Source: Terriglobia bacterium
GTDB lineage: Bacteria; Acidobacteriota; Terriglobia; 20CM-2-55-15
Direction of reading: 5' to 3'
Length of the DNA: 64,000 bases
NCBI GenBank assembly: GCA_963664115.2
Contig: CAXWPJ010000010.1
Coordinates: 224,001-288,000 of the forward strand
Part shown: in pieces, positions 29,218 to 40,169 of the stretch
How positions within the stretch are numbered: position 1 is the stretch's first letter
Layout of the letters: each line of letters opens with the position of its first letter
The notes under the pieces: generated by a model
The model's input: only the letters and a program-made list of their open reading frames with translations
Database searches by the model: none
Told to the model about the DNA's origin: nothing
Program-made: the position numbers and the translations under genes

Positions 29218-31398
29218 ATGAAGCGAGTCGATTTTTCTCACTGGCGCCGGAAAACAACTAGAGTCGCGGTTCTGGCTGTGGGAGGGGGTTTGGCTGCCGG
29301 GGCGCTATCCAGTGCTGCTGTTGCACAGTATTCCACTTTCCCGCAGGTCAACCCCGCCGTCACCACGAGGATTGACCGCGCCCCGAACTGGCTCAATGAA
29401 CCCGATCCCAATGAGACCTTCGCCGGACAGGTTGCAGTATTCGCCGCGGGGGACGAAATCATCGCGGCAAGCCCCCGGAAGCTCTTCGTTTACGATCGGC
29501 TAGCCAATACTCCCCCCAGGGCTACGTTGACGGAACCAAAGCGCCTGATCGCCGGAGAAGCTACCCTAATGTCGGACAACTGCGGTATCTATGTGGACCC
29601 GGAGACCGGCGAGATTTACGCCATTTCCAACGACATTTCCAACGCTTTGACCGTCTTTGGCCCGAGCGACACGGGGAATATAGCTCCGCGACGGAAGCTG
29701 ATCACTCCCCAGACCGTCTACGGCATGTCAATAGATGACGAGAGCGAGGAGATGTTTATGACCGTCGGGCATCCTCCGGCGGTGTTTGCGTTCGACAAGT
29801 TCGCCGAAGGAAATGACCCCGCCAAGCGCATCTTGGAGGGGTACCACACCCAGCTCGCTTATCCCCACGGAGTTGCAGTGGATCCCGAGAACCAGTTGAT
29901 GTATGTCATCAATAACGGCGCGGTGGCAGACAGTTATGGTGGGCTGGCGTGGCGGAGGTGGCCGGTCCCTCAACTGGACGGCGAGCCTCCAATGAACACA
30001 CTGTGGGGGGTCCCCTGCCAGAACGTGCCCGGAATTGATTGCCAAAATGGAGGGGAGTGGTACCGGGAGTTTCCAGGCAATCGTTACAAGTTTCTAGGCC
30101 GGGGGACTGTGATTCCCGGCAGCGGCCGGTTTGAGCCTCCCTCGATCACGGTCTATCCGATCAAGGCGGACGGGGATGTGCCCCCGATCCGGGTCATCCA
30201 GGGACCGAACGCGCAGTTGAACTGGCCCATGCATATTTTCGTGGATAGCGAGAATGGAGAACTTTTTGTGGCCAACGCTGGTGGAAATTCCATTCTGGTT
30301 TTCCGCGTCACCGACAACGGCGATGTGGCGCCGATTCGAACCATCAAGGGGCCCCAGACAGGACTCAGGAATCCTGTCGGCGTCTGGGTAGACAACGAGA
30401 ATGACGAGGTGGTGGTGTCGGATGTGCGTACGCACTCGGTGTCCGTCTTTCGACGCACGGCTGACGGCGATACCCCGCCGCTGCGAGTCATCCGCAACTC
30501 ACCTCTCGGCGTGGAGGCCCCGTCTCTCGGGCGAGTGACCGGCATAGCCTATGATAGCAGGCGAGATCAGATCCTGGCGCCGAACTGACTGGCGTACCCG
30601 CAGATTGCGGCATTCGCCAGGCTGGCGACGGAACCAGGGCAGATGCCCGTGAGGTTGATCCAAGGGCAGGCAACCAAGTTGGCTCGCAGCGTCCACAACG
30701 TCCGTTATGACCCGGTTCATGATGAATTCGTAATCGCCTCTCCAGTGGCCCAGGCCATTAGTGTCTTCCGAGGGGGGGCCGATGGCAACGAAGCGCCGCT
30801 CCGGGTCATTCAAGGACCTAACACGATGCTGTGGGACCCCGACTTCGTGGACGTGAGTGGTGTTCACAACGAAATTTATGTTACTTCCGGCGAGAGGGTT
30901 CTGGTATTCGATTCACAGGCGAATGGGGATGTGGCCCCGCTCCGGGTCATCGAGGGCCCCAATGCTAGGTTGGGCAGGATGCGGGGAGCTCCGCAGGTCG
31001 TAGAGGATCTCGACCTGATGGTCGTAGGTTCGGGCCCCATCCCAGGGGAACCGGACAACAGAGCGCTGTTGATCTTCAACCGGACCGACAACGGAAACGT
31101 GGCGCCCCAAAGGGTGATTACTTCGGTTTCTGTGGGAGGCGACTTCGTGGTCTCGCCGAAGGGCTGGATCCTGATCACGGGTAGAGGAGAAGATGGATAC
31201 AGAGAGATCCGCATCTGGAGCGTCTACGACGATGGAGACGCTCCTCCCCGCTGGGTTTTTGGAGGCCCGCAGAGTAATTTGGGTGGCGGCAACTTGGCGT
31301 TGAATCCGATAGCAAAAGAGGTGATGGCGCTGACTGGCGACGAGAACACCATCGCAGGGTACCCTTTACCGGAGATTTTCGATATCGACGCGAACTAG
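29218..31398 (+). CDS. secreted multi-repeat beta-propeller protein with in-frame TGA (probable selenocysteine)
   Basis: ORFs 29044-30588 and 30643-31398 share one frame, separated only by TGA 30586-30588; GDVAPxRVIxGP repeats on both sides. Confidence 0.75.
30589..30620 (+). promoter_or_regulatory. putative bacterial SECIS hairpin
   Basis: CTGGCG-TAC-CCGCA-GAT-TGCGG-CATT-CGCCAG immediately after the TGA. Confidence 0.65.
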
Positions 31399-31408
31399 TT
31401 CCCTGTTA

Positions 31409-31459
31409 ATGCTCTGCTTTATGCGACACTCCTGCGGGAGTATTGCATAAGCAGAGCAT
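31409..31459. terminator. long hairpin downstream of the propeller gene
   Basis: ATGCTCTGCTT...AAGCAGAGCAT arms with further internal pairing. Confidence 0.5.
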
Positions 31460-31599
31460 GTTTAGCTTAGCGCCGCAGCGAGACATTGGGTCAAGTGACA
31501 CCCGAGAAGAAGAAAGAAAGTGAATCACCGTTTCTCATGTCGAAAAATACCTCGACGATATCAAAACCGTGGTTTGTCAGAAGACTGCGGGACAAGTTC

Positions 31600-32271
31600 C
31601 GACGGAACCTGTTCTCGCACGGGCTCCGGAATCCGGTTCCAGCAGAAGCCGGGGCCGAAATGCCGATCCAATAAACCGGCAGCGCCACGCTCTTTGTATC
31701 GCCGATACCAGTCATAGAACGTACTGCGAGGGACTCCCAGTTCGCGCAATGTCGCTGTCACCGACAACTCCGAGTCTTCCACCAGCCGAATCGTTTCCAG
31801 CTTTTCCGATCCCGATTGCCTCATATATCGATACTCTCGGAGTCCGCTATGTTCAGCGTTTTTTTCAGAAAACGATTCTTCAGCAGTATTTCAGCCACGG
31901 CCTGCTTCAGTTGTTCGTTCTCCTGCCGCAATTCGGTGCCTTCGCTCGATGTCGCTTCCCGCTTCGTGTCCCCAGCCAGCCGTTTCTTCCCCGCCTCCAG
32001 GAAGTCCTTGCTCCACCGGTAATCCAGATTTGACGGAATCCCTTCGCGTCGGCACAGTTCTGCGATGCTCTCTTCGCCTCGCAACCCTTCCAACACGATC
32101 CGCACTTTCTCCTCAGACGAGTACTTCTTGCGCGTCTTTCGACGAATCTCTCGTACCCGATTCTCTGCCGACACTTTCTCTTTCATTCGATCCTCCTTCA
32201 GATCGTTCTGATTAGAAAAGTGTCTCTTAGTTTTTTAGGGTATTTCGTACGAAATGCTCTGACGGGCTACA
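31600..32271 (-). mobile_element. truncated IS3-family element (orfA 31821-32186, orfB remnant)
   Basis: RKKYSSEEKVRIVLEGLRGEESIAELCRREGI; orfB start MRQSGSEKLETIRLVE...PRSTFYDW; TG terminus at 32271; no DDE core. Confidence 0.8.
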
Positions 32272-32342
32272 CTCCCAAGGATATGGCGAGGACAATGATC
32301 AGCTTATGCATTCGTACGCCTTTAGCATGCTTTCTTAAAGCC

Positions 32343-32825
32343 TCAGAGAATCAGTTCCCAATACCCGACATCAACCCATCGACCCTGTTTCCAACCCACC
32401 TCTTTGAGTTCGGCGACCTTTCTGAAGCCGAATTTTTCGCTCAAGGCCACGCTACCAGGGTTTGGAAGTGAGATACCTGCAATAACACAGTGCAACTTGC
32501 GCTCTCTTAGTTCATCCAACAGGGCGCTGAGAAGCTCGGTACCGAGACCCTGCCCTATTCGATCTGGCGCTAAATACAAGCTGCTCTCCACAGTGAACTT
32601 ATATGCCGCACGCGTCCGGTAGTGAGTAGCGTATGCATATCCGCAAACCTCACCATCTAACTCCGACACGAGCCAAGGAAGTGACGACGTGACCTGCTTG
32701 ATCCGTTGCGACATCTCGGAGGGCGATACGGGTTTCTCCTCAAACGTGACCACGGTCTTCTCGACGTAGTAGTTGTAGATAGCGCAGATTTGCTCGGCGT
32801 TGGTCAGTGCAACGGGTCGGATCAC
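32343..32825 (-). CDS. GNAT N-acetyltransferase, phosphinothricin/ArsN1-like
   Basis: IYNYYVEKTVVTFEE, GYAYA, GQGLG, VGWKQGRWVDVGYW. Confidence 0.85.
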   Translation of the reverse strand: MIRPVALTNAEQICAIYNYYVEKTVVTFEEKPVSPSEMSQRIKQVTSSLPWLVSELDGEVCGYAYATHYRTRAAYKFTVESSLYLAPDRIGQGLGTELLSALLDELRERKLHCVIAGISLPNPGSVALSEKFGFRKVAELKEVGWKQGRWVDVGYWELIL

Positions 32826-32835
32826 CTGGGTGTCC

Positions 32836-33351
32836 TTAAGGCAGCCTCTCCACAATACCGCCAGCGGCGTTGAACAATACGAGGGACGAAACAGGCCGTC
32901 GCTCGATCGATCCGTCGGCAGACTCAACGTGGGACGCCACCATCGTGGTAGCGCCTAGAATAGCTCTCGCCCCCAAATTCTCGTCATACAGGGTGACGGA
33001 GGTCGTGTATCCAGCATCGATTCCGACCCTCACGTTACCCGCTGCATCGAACAACACTAAGGATGCGCCGTCTGAAGTCGCGGTGAGGACGGCTCGTTCT
33101 TCTCCCGCTGAATCGACTAAAGTGATCGAATCCCGAACAACAAGCGGCGGTCGAGTCTGATCAGGAATCTCGATTCGACTTTCGATGCCCCGATTGCGAA
33201 TCCGCTGTTGCGTGCGATCTTGGCCAAACAGCAGGCCACTCGCAAGGACGATCACAGTAAACGCGACGGTCGTATGTTTGTACCTTGCGATCCGTGTCTC
33301 AAGTATTGTCAGTCTCCGTTCAAGATTTAGCGAAGGGGTGGCCTGTGACAT
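32836..33351 (-). CDS. hypothetical membrane-anchored protein
   Basis: 171 aa ORF, RBS, one TM segment, L(V/F/Y)DxxGxxR repeats. Confidence 0.6.
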   Translation of the reverse strand: MSQATPSLNLERRLTILETRIARYKHTTVAFTVIVLASGLLFGQDRTQQRIRNRGIESRIEIPDQTRPPLVVRDSITLVDSAGEERAVLTATSDGASLVLFDAAGNVRVGIDAGYTTSVTLYDENLGARAILGATTMVASHVESADGSIERRPVSSLVLFNAAGGIVERLP

Positions 33352-33633
33352 TTGCTCCTCCTTTCTCCTAAATTGTGATGGTGTACCAAATAACCGTAGT
33401 CACAGTGTCCGGTGTTTCGGCCCCGGCGGCAAGCAAATCGGGTTTCCACATCCGATAGGAGGTGATTCCAGCCGTTCAGCGTGCGCCGATACTAAGAATT
33501 TCCGCACGCCTATTCTGGGCTCAAATTTTTTTGCGAACCATAGAGCGTCTAATCTAATTAACGATCCGAACCACGAAAGCGCCTATGCGGTTGCAAATAC
33601 GGGTCAGTAGCAGAATGTAACAAACGATTCCAC

Positions 33634-33700
33634 TCCCCAGCGTGCCGCACTGTGGCGACTGTTAACCGGAGGGTCGTAAGTTCGAGTCTTACCTGGGAAG
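33634..33700 (+). tRNA. degenerate tRNA-Asn(GTT)
   Basis: CTGTTAA anticodon loop, perfect T-arm GTAAG-TTCGAGT-CTTAC, acceptor TCCCCAG/CTGGGAA; D-arm collapsed, no CCA. Confidence 0.7.
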
Positions 33701-33853
33701 TTTTTTCTTTGTATAAGATTAGAAGGCCAGCCACATCTCCTTCCAGTCTCAGCCGCCTCATTGTGCCTGATTTCCTGACCTGTCGCTTCGAAAACTCTAC
33801 TGGGCGCTGGTGGCGGAAACGATTCAGTTGTATTGTAGAATTCAGTAACCGTC

Positions 33854-34070
33854 ATGCGAAACGAGTTCACAGCCATATTCGAGCGCGATGGAGAATGGCA
33901 TATCGCGTATTGTCCGGAAATACCTGGTGCGAATGGCCAGGGGCAGACCAAGGACGAGGCCCGCCAAAGCCTTGCACAAGCCATTACGCTCATCCTTAGA
34001 GGATCGGCGTGAAGAAGGTCTGCGTGGAGTGCCACCTGACGCCGAACGTGAAACCGTTATTGTAAAATCA
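33854..34070 (+). pseudogene. hicB: HicB-like antitoxin, frameshifted
   Basis: MRNEFTAIFERDGEWHIAYCPEIPGANGQGQTKDEA; +1 shift near 33998. Confidence 0.8.
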
Positions 34071-34267
34071 AGCGTGGCAGCCTGTAACGGCACCTGCGCA
34101 AACACGGTTGTCATCTGAAGCGAGAAGGCGCCTCACATTCGCTCTGGACGAATCCTGCAACTGGCGTCGTTGAAGCCGTACCCCGCCACACTGAAATCCC
34201 CAATAAGCTCGCCCTGAAAATCTGCCGTCGGTTGTCCATTCCGCCCATCGGGTCCGGGTCCGTCTGA
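34067..34267 (+). pseudogene. hicA: HicA-like toxin, inactivated
   Basis: KRGSL*RHLRKHGCHLKREGASHSLW...VPRHTEI; ATG replaced by ATC, in-frame TAA at 34085. Confidence 0.8.
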
Positions 34268-34413
34268 CTACTATTGTCCGGTACTCGATCAGTTCACTAT
34301 CACTGCACCGTCGGCCTGATAGTTCAATTCATCAGTGGAAGGCTAAAGGCGTGAATTGGTCCAATTTCGACCCGGAGCGCTCTCCTTAGGATCTTCTAGC
34401 GGCGACATCCTAC

Positions 34414-35673
34414 AGAGGTGGACCCCATACGTTGGACAGCTTGGCAGCCAATTTAAGGTGGATTCCGCGGTTCATGTTTATGCTGCCGAGGTCAGTGGCC
34501 GTGTTCCCGCGTAGGCTTCGCTCGGCGTGAGATCGTCGAGTTTGGAATGCGGGCGGTCGTTATTGTAATAGTTCATCCAGACACCTATGTGGTGCCGGGC
34601 ATCTTTGAAGTCACTGAAGGCGTTTAGATAAACGCATTCGTATTTGATCGAGCGCCATAGGCGTTCGATGAAAACGTTGTCGATCCATTGCCCCTTGCCG
34701 TCCATGGAGATCCGGATACCTCGTTCTTTAAGTCGGTCCGTCCAGGCCTTGCTGGTGAACTGGCTGCCCTGATCGGTGTTGAAGATTTCCGGACTGCCGT
34801 ATTCCTCGATCGCCTCGTCGAGGGCTTCAAGGCAAAACGTCGTGTCCTGGGTGTTGGACAGCCGCCAGGACAACACCTTCCGCGTATGCCAGTCCATGAT
34901 CGCGACCAGATATAAGAATCCGTGCGCCATCGGGATATACGTCACGTCGGTAGACCACGCTTGATTCGCCCGCTCCACGGCAATGTCGTTGAGTAGATAT
35001 GGGTACACCGGATGAGCCGGGTTTCTCCGGGACGTCTGCGGTGCCACCGAGCGCAGCCCCATCAACCGCATTAGTCGGCGTACCCGCTTCCGGCCCACAT
35101 CGTAGCCGAGACGTTTCAGATGACGCGTCATCTGCCTGGACCCATACCAGGGCATCTTCAGATACGCCTCGTCGATCACGCGCATCAGGTCCAGATTGCG
35201 ATCACTCTCACCCCGTGGCCGATAGTACCAACTCGAACGGCTCAACCCGATCAAGTCGCATTGCCGGACCACACTGAGCTGCTCATGGCCCGGTTCGACC
35301 ACCTTGCGCCTTCGACCCAAGCTCATCGATTGAAGGCTCGTGCTAAAAAATCCCGTTCCACGACCAGTTCACCGATCTTGGCCTGCAGGTCTTTGATCTC
35401 GTCCTCGTGGTTCCGGGCCGATGGATCCCGGCCTCGCTGGAATCCTTCTTTAACGCTATCAAGCGCATCACGCTTCCACTTCGTGATCATGTTCGGATGG
35501 ATCTTGTACCGCGCCGCCAATTCGGCCATCGTGCCGTCGCCACGCATCGCGGCCAGCGCTACCTTCGCTTTGAAATCTGCTGAAAAATTCCGTCGTTTCG
35601 CCATCGTCGTTAGGTCCTCTCATCTATGCAGAGTCCACCTTATAACGCTGTCCTAATTTTGGGGGCCACTTCT
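34414..35673 (-). mobile_element. IS3-family element copy 1 (orfA 35323-35604, orfB 34478-35326)
   Basis: IRs AGAGGTGGACCCCA...GGACAG / CTGTCC...GGGGGCCACTTCT; TAC direct repeat; WSTDVTY, TDQGSQF, IERLWRSIK. Confidence 0.95.
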
Positions 35674-35823
35674 TACATGCAGAGTTCGAAGAACGTTCAA
35701 TATGAGGAGTTTTTCTTTTTCCACTTTATATTGTTGGTTTAATGGAATGAATCGACGGGTTGGTCCGGCAGGATTTAACAGGCGTTGAGAATCGATTTCA
35801 GAGGTAGGCAGGGACGAATCTCT

Positions 35824-36705
35824 TCATTCCAAGGGGGGGGCGTTAGCCGCGGGTCTCAACACCTCGCGGTTGAACCACTCCGCTTCGGTTGGCACGCAGA
35901 AATCTTCCCATAGCTCAGTACCCGGGTTCAGGAGGAACTCGCCCGTGGTCTCCCAAGGCGCTTCGTACATCTCTGGATCGGTGATCGTAAGGGAAACCTC
36001 GAGGTTGTTATGGGCCACACGCCTGTAACGCTCGACCGTCCGCAGTTCTTCGCTGTGCGGAAAGCCATGTGTGCGCTCTCTACGGTCCTCGGAGAGCCAT
36101 GTCCTTTCGTCGAAACCGTAGGACTCTATGACGAAGGTGTCTCCCTCCCACCGGCCAACTGAGTAACCCAGGAACCGGGGGTCCGGGGCCTCGGGAAGCG
36201 GCCGTCCGTCCGTGTAGATCGTGCGCCAGGTATGCCACATCTCAAAGAACTGAATCGTCCTGCCGGGCAGCTGGAGTAACTCGAATCCATAGTTGTATGT
36301 GAAATAACGCGGCCAACCGAGCGGATCACAGCGGAGCATGGGGTCCTTCCAATTGGAAACGGGGGTTCCGTCCGGGGAGTACTCGGTCTCCGTGGCGGCG
36401 TATGCTGCCTGCCCTAAAGGAGTCATAGGAGGCATATTCTCGGTGTCGAGCTGAATGCGGTTTTGGTTATCGCCCCATATTCCCGACAGGTCCCGCGCCT
36501 CAAACGGCAGGTCTGCTGTTTTCGCGCGTTCATCCGCTCTAACCTGCTGATTCCTGCATTGAGCACACATCGGCCAGTTCGGATCATTAGGGTTCTGGGA
36601 AAACGCAATTGACGAGAACGCCATTACTGCCGCCAGAGCCGTTAAGGCTTTGATTGAATTTCGCATGGCTCCTAAATTACCTTTTATCATCTGGTTTCTT
36701 CTCAA
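35824..36705 (-). CDS. secreted DUF6152-partner hypothetical protein
   Basis: DLSGIW, DPMLRCDPLGWPR, GYSVGRWEGDTFVI. Confidence 0.75.
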   Translation of the reverse strand: MRRNQMIKGNLGAMRNSIKALTALAAVMAFSSIAFSQNPNDPNWPMCAQCRNQQVRADERAKTADLPFEARDLSGIWGDNQNRIQLDTENMPPMTPLGQAAYAATETEYSPDGTPVSNWKDPMLRCDPLGWPRYFTYNYGFELLQLPGRTIQFFEMWHTWRTIYTDGRPLPEAPDPRFLGYSVGRWEGDTFVIESYGFDERTWLSEDRRERTHGFPHSEELRTVERYRRVAHNNLEVSLTITDPEMYEAPWETTGEFLLNPGTELWEDFCVPTEAEWFNREVLRPAANAPPLE

Positions 36706-37085
36706 TTACGTTCACGATCAAGCACCATATTGCCTTGCGCATCTGCGATCGATATAACCAGAGCTTGAGCATTCGGTGCGGTGTTGCCGACAACCGTAAT
36801 CACGTCTCCGGGCTTTAATGAATTGCGGCTCAAGCCATAACCGGTAACCGAGATCGGGGACTGCAGTTCGCCATACCACCGCACGACGTTCCCACCCGCG
36901 TCCGTCACGTCCCAGATCAGAGTGACGTGGGGATTTCTCCAAACCCATTCGGCGACGGTCCCCTTGAGTTCGACGGTTTTCGAGGTATCGTAGCCCGCGG
37001 TGGAGTGATGTGCTAAAACCAGACCGCCAAGCATTGTGAATATCGAAACAAATACCGCAACTGCCAGTACTTTCTGACTTCTCAT
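36702..37085 (-). CDS. DUF6152 family secreted protein
   Basis: AHHS, WRNPH, LKPGDVI. Confidence 0.8.
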   Translation of the reverse strand: MRSQKVLAVAVFVSIFTMLGGLVLAHHSTAGYDTSKTVELKGTVAEWVWRNPHVTLIWDVTDAGGNVVRWYGELQSPISVTGYGLSRNSLKPGDVITVVGNTAPNAQALVISIADAQGNMVLDRERN

Positions 37086-37540
37086 TGGCACCTCAACAAT
37101 ATAGAACCGCATCAGTGCTGAAGACTGTGTGGCACCTCATCGATACAAAAAAGTCGTTAGGATCAATTCGTAACGATTTCAGCACGAGAAATAGGGGCAT
37201 GTCAACGAGACTCTCAGAAGAACGTGAGAGGAGTTCAGCCCTCCTGATCAGCGACAAATTAATTGACGCTGAACAGCCTCCGCTAGTTCTTGCCCTCTGC
37301 CAGCGAAAGTGTATAACCTCAAGGAAGTTTCTAGTCACGGATCGCCGATAATTCGGGACAACGAACTGCCCGGATAGTGCAGCCGGGCCGAGAATCATGC
37401 TCGCGGCGGTGGGTGCGCCAAACGCTTCGACGGTTGAACGGACGACGGTCACCGCAAACGCGACCAGAACCGGTATCCTGTGTGGAGGTTTTCTCGGTTC
37501 GCACCAACTGCACCTTAGCTCTCGAGGGTCAGGCCGGCAT

Positions 37541-38575
37541 ATGCATTCACGTCTCCATTTCTTATTAGCCGCAGCGGCGGGGGTTTTCTTTGCCGCTGAT
37601 TGTTCAGGGCCTCGGGAAAGACCCTCTACGGTTGTCGTGTACTCGTCCGTAGACGAAGTGTTCGCTCGGCCAATCGCCGTTCAGTTTCAAGAAGAGACCG
37701 GCATCGAGGTACTACTGGTTCCCGACACCGAGGAAACGAAGAGTACCGGTCTGCTGAACAGGCTGATCGCTGAAAAACAGCGCCCTCAGGCGGATGTCTT
37801 CTGGAGCGGCGACCCGGTGCGTGCCGCCATGTTGAAGTCCCTGGAAATCACTGAATCATACTATTCAACGATGGCGGCAGATCTTCCGTCGGACTACAGC
37901 GATGCCGGGGGCCACTGGACAGGATTCTCGGCGCGCGCTCGCGTGCTGATCTACAATACGAATCTCGTCGAAGAGAGCGAAAAGCCACGATCGGTGATGG
38001 ATCTTCTGGATGCCCGATTCCAGGGTCAGGCGAGCATCGCGAATCCACTGTTTGGGACAACCACCGCGCACGCAGCCGCCCTGTTCGAAGTTCTTGGCGA
38101 GGCGGAAGCGCGGCAGTTTTTTGAAGGGTTTATTCAGAATGGTGGCACGATCGTTTCTTCTAACGGCGAGGTCCGACGGAGGGTCGCGGCGGGGGATTTC
38201 GCGGTCGGAATCACCGACACGGACGACTTCAACGTGGCTTATCAGGAAGGCCGACCCGTTGGCATCGTTTTTCCCGACCAGGAAGGGATGGGAACCTTGA
38301 TTATCCCAAACGCCGTTGTGCTGATCCGGGGAGGACCCAACCCTCAAGCAGGCAGACAGTTCATCGACTATCTTCTGCGCCCGGACACTGAGAGGGCACT
38401 GGCCGAGAGTGAAGCCGCTCAGATACCGCTTCGTCCGGACATCGGCGTTCCTCCATACGTCCGTCCTCTTCAAGACATCAACACTATGCGCGTGGACTAC
38501 CAGAGCCTCGCCGAAGGGCTGGATTCATTGAGCACTGGATTTCTCAGAACCTGGGTCGAGAGCAATGTTCCATGA
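37541..38575 (+). CDS. ABC transporter substrate-binding protein, Fe(III) type
   Basis: Lipoprotein-like N-terminus, PQADVFWS, TDTDD. Confidence 0.85.
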   Translation: MHSRLHFLLAAAAGVFFAADCSGPRERPSTVVVYSSVDEVFARPIAVQFQEETGIEVLLVPDTEETKSTGLLNRLIAEKQRPQADVFWSGDPVRAAMLKSLEITESYYSTMAADLPSDYSDAGGHWTGFSARARVLIYNTNLVEESEKPRSVMDLLDARFQGQASIANPLFGTTTAHAAALFEVLGEAEARQFFEGFIQNGGTIVSSNGEVRRRVAAGDFAVGITDTDDFNVAYQEGRPVGIVFPDQEGMGTLIIPNAVVLIRGGPNPQAGRQFIDYLLRPDTERALAESEAAQIPLRPDIGVPPYVRPLQDINTMRVDYQSLAEGLDSLSTGFLRTWVESNVP

Positions 38576-40164
38576 TCTCACCGGCGGTTCTGGAAGGCAC
38601 AGGAGCGTGGCGTAGGATCGCGCTGGTTTCGGGCCTGACCCTCGCGTTGGCGCCTACGTTTCCCTTACTCTGGTCCGCAGCTTCCCAAGCGCAATTCTTC
38701 GACGTTGGCAGCGGATTCATGCGAGCCCTAGGCCGGAGCCTTGCCGTCGGGGGTGGGGCCTCCCTCCTGGCTCTGGCTGCTGGCCTTCCTTCGGGTCTGA
38801 TTGCAGCGTTGTACAATTTTCCGTTCAAACATGTCTTTCTGGGAGCATCGGCTCTTCCACTCGTCGTTCCCTCATTCCTATGGGCCATCGGCCTCTCCGC
38901 TTTCCGGATCCGGATGGGTTTCGGGACGGACAGTATTCTCTCTGGGGCATCGGGGTCTGTGTTGGCTTTCGCTGCGTTTGGAACACCTCTAGTCCTATTT
39001 GCAACGTTTCTGGCAGCGGGCAGACTCTCCAACACCCAGGTGGATGCAGCCCGGATCGGGGGGGGCGAATCCACTGTTCTGCGCTATGGGGCAAGAGCAG
39101 TCTTCCCTGTGGCGTCCGCTGTCGCGCTGTTGGCCGGCGTGCTCACACTGTCGGATCCCGGACCTGGCCAAATCCTGGGGTTCACGGGCGTTGGAACCGA
39201 AGTGTTGGTGAGCTTTTCAGCTTTCTATGACTTCGATTTAGCAGCTCGGCAATGTCTCGTTCTTGCGGCAGTGGTCTTCGTCTGCTCCACTCCACTCGCG
39301 TTTGTGGCGAGCGGCCCTCTGGCGGATGCACTCCTGGCGCACAATCCCCATCCCATTCGCCGGCGGCACTGGACACCAGCAAGCTGGGCCGGACCCATGC
39401 TTTTTGCCGCTTTGATTGTGGGCATTTTGTTGGTTCCCCTTCTTGGCCTGACGCTACCTGCCCTGGAACGCTTCGAACTGAATCAGGTCGGGGACACCCT
39501 CCGAAGAACGGTTCTCAATACGGCGGTATACGCATTGTTGGCCGCCCTGTTCGCTATGGTGTTGGGCCTGTGGCTGGCGCTTGCCGCGGGACGGGACAAA
39601 TCTTTGCGGGTCATACTCCTGGCGGGCCTTCTGCTCATCTTCGCTCTGCCGCCAGTCCTCGGGGCACTTGGGACGGTCTACTTCGCCTCCGGAGCTCCGC
39701 CGTGGCTGGATCCAATACTGCGAAGCCGGTTGACGGTCGGCATCGTCCTGGGTCTGAAGTTCGTGCCCGTCACGGCGTTGTTGGCAGCGCGGGCTTTAGG
39801 CGAAGTCCCGCGCTCCTGGGCGCTGGCGGGGGCCGTGCACGGCGTGCCCCTCCGTCTCTATCTCGTTCGAGTCGTCGGCCCCTTCCTGTTACTGACCTGC
39901 ATTCTCAGTGGTGGGCTGGTGGCGTTGCTGGCCACAGCAGAAGTGGGTACGGTCCTGCTGCTGCAGCCGCCGGGAGAATCGTCGCTGCCTGTCGCCATCT
40001 TCACCGTGATGGCAAACGCCCGTGAATCGCTGGTCGCAAGCCTGTGCCTCGCCTACGTTGCTCTGACCGCCGCGACGCTGGGGATCGGCGGGCTCGTTTT
40101 TCGATTCATGCGCGAAACCTCTCCCGTCACCGGGGGATCTGCCCAGGCCGCGCGGAGGGTGTAG
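38572..40164 (+). CDS. ABC transporter permease (two-domain, FbpB-like)
   Basis: Many TM segments, DAARIGG (EAA-like), ATGA overlap with the upstream gene. Confidence 0.85.
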   Translation: MISPAVLEGTGAWRRIALVSGLTLALAPTFPLLWSAASQAQFFDVGSGFMRALGRSLAVGGGASLLALAAGLPSGLIAALYNFPFKHVFLGASALPLVVPSFLWAIGLSAFRIRMGFGTDSILSGASGSVLAFAAFGTPLVLFATFLAAGRLSNTQVDAARIGGGESTVLRYGARAVFPVASAVALLAGVLTLSDPGPGQILGFTGVGTEVLVSFSAFYDFDLAARQCLVLAAVVFVCSTPLAFVASGPLADALLAHNPHPIRRRHWTPASWAGPMLFAALIVGILLVPLLGLTLPALERFELNQVGDTLRRTVLNTAVYALLAALFAMVLGLWLALAAGRDKSLRVILLAGLLLIFALPPVLGALGTVYFASGAPPWLDPILRSRLTVGIVLGLKFVPVTALLAARALGEVPRSWALAGAVHGVPLRLYLVRVVGPFLLLTCILSGGLVALLATAEVGTVLLLQPPGESSLPVAIFTVMANARESLVASLCLAYVALTAATLGIGGLVFRFMRETSPVTGGSAQAARRV

Positions 40165-40169
40165 GGAAC

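Noticed and set aside
33634-33700. Functional tRNA-Asn
   Set aside because: D-arm and anticodon stem do not pair properly; treated as degenerate.
34085-34087. Recoded stop in hicA (and TAG in the 22261 kinase stub)
   Set aside because: Not TGA, no hairpin noticed, and accompanied by other inactivating lesions.
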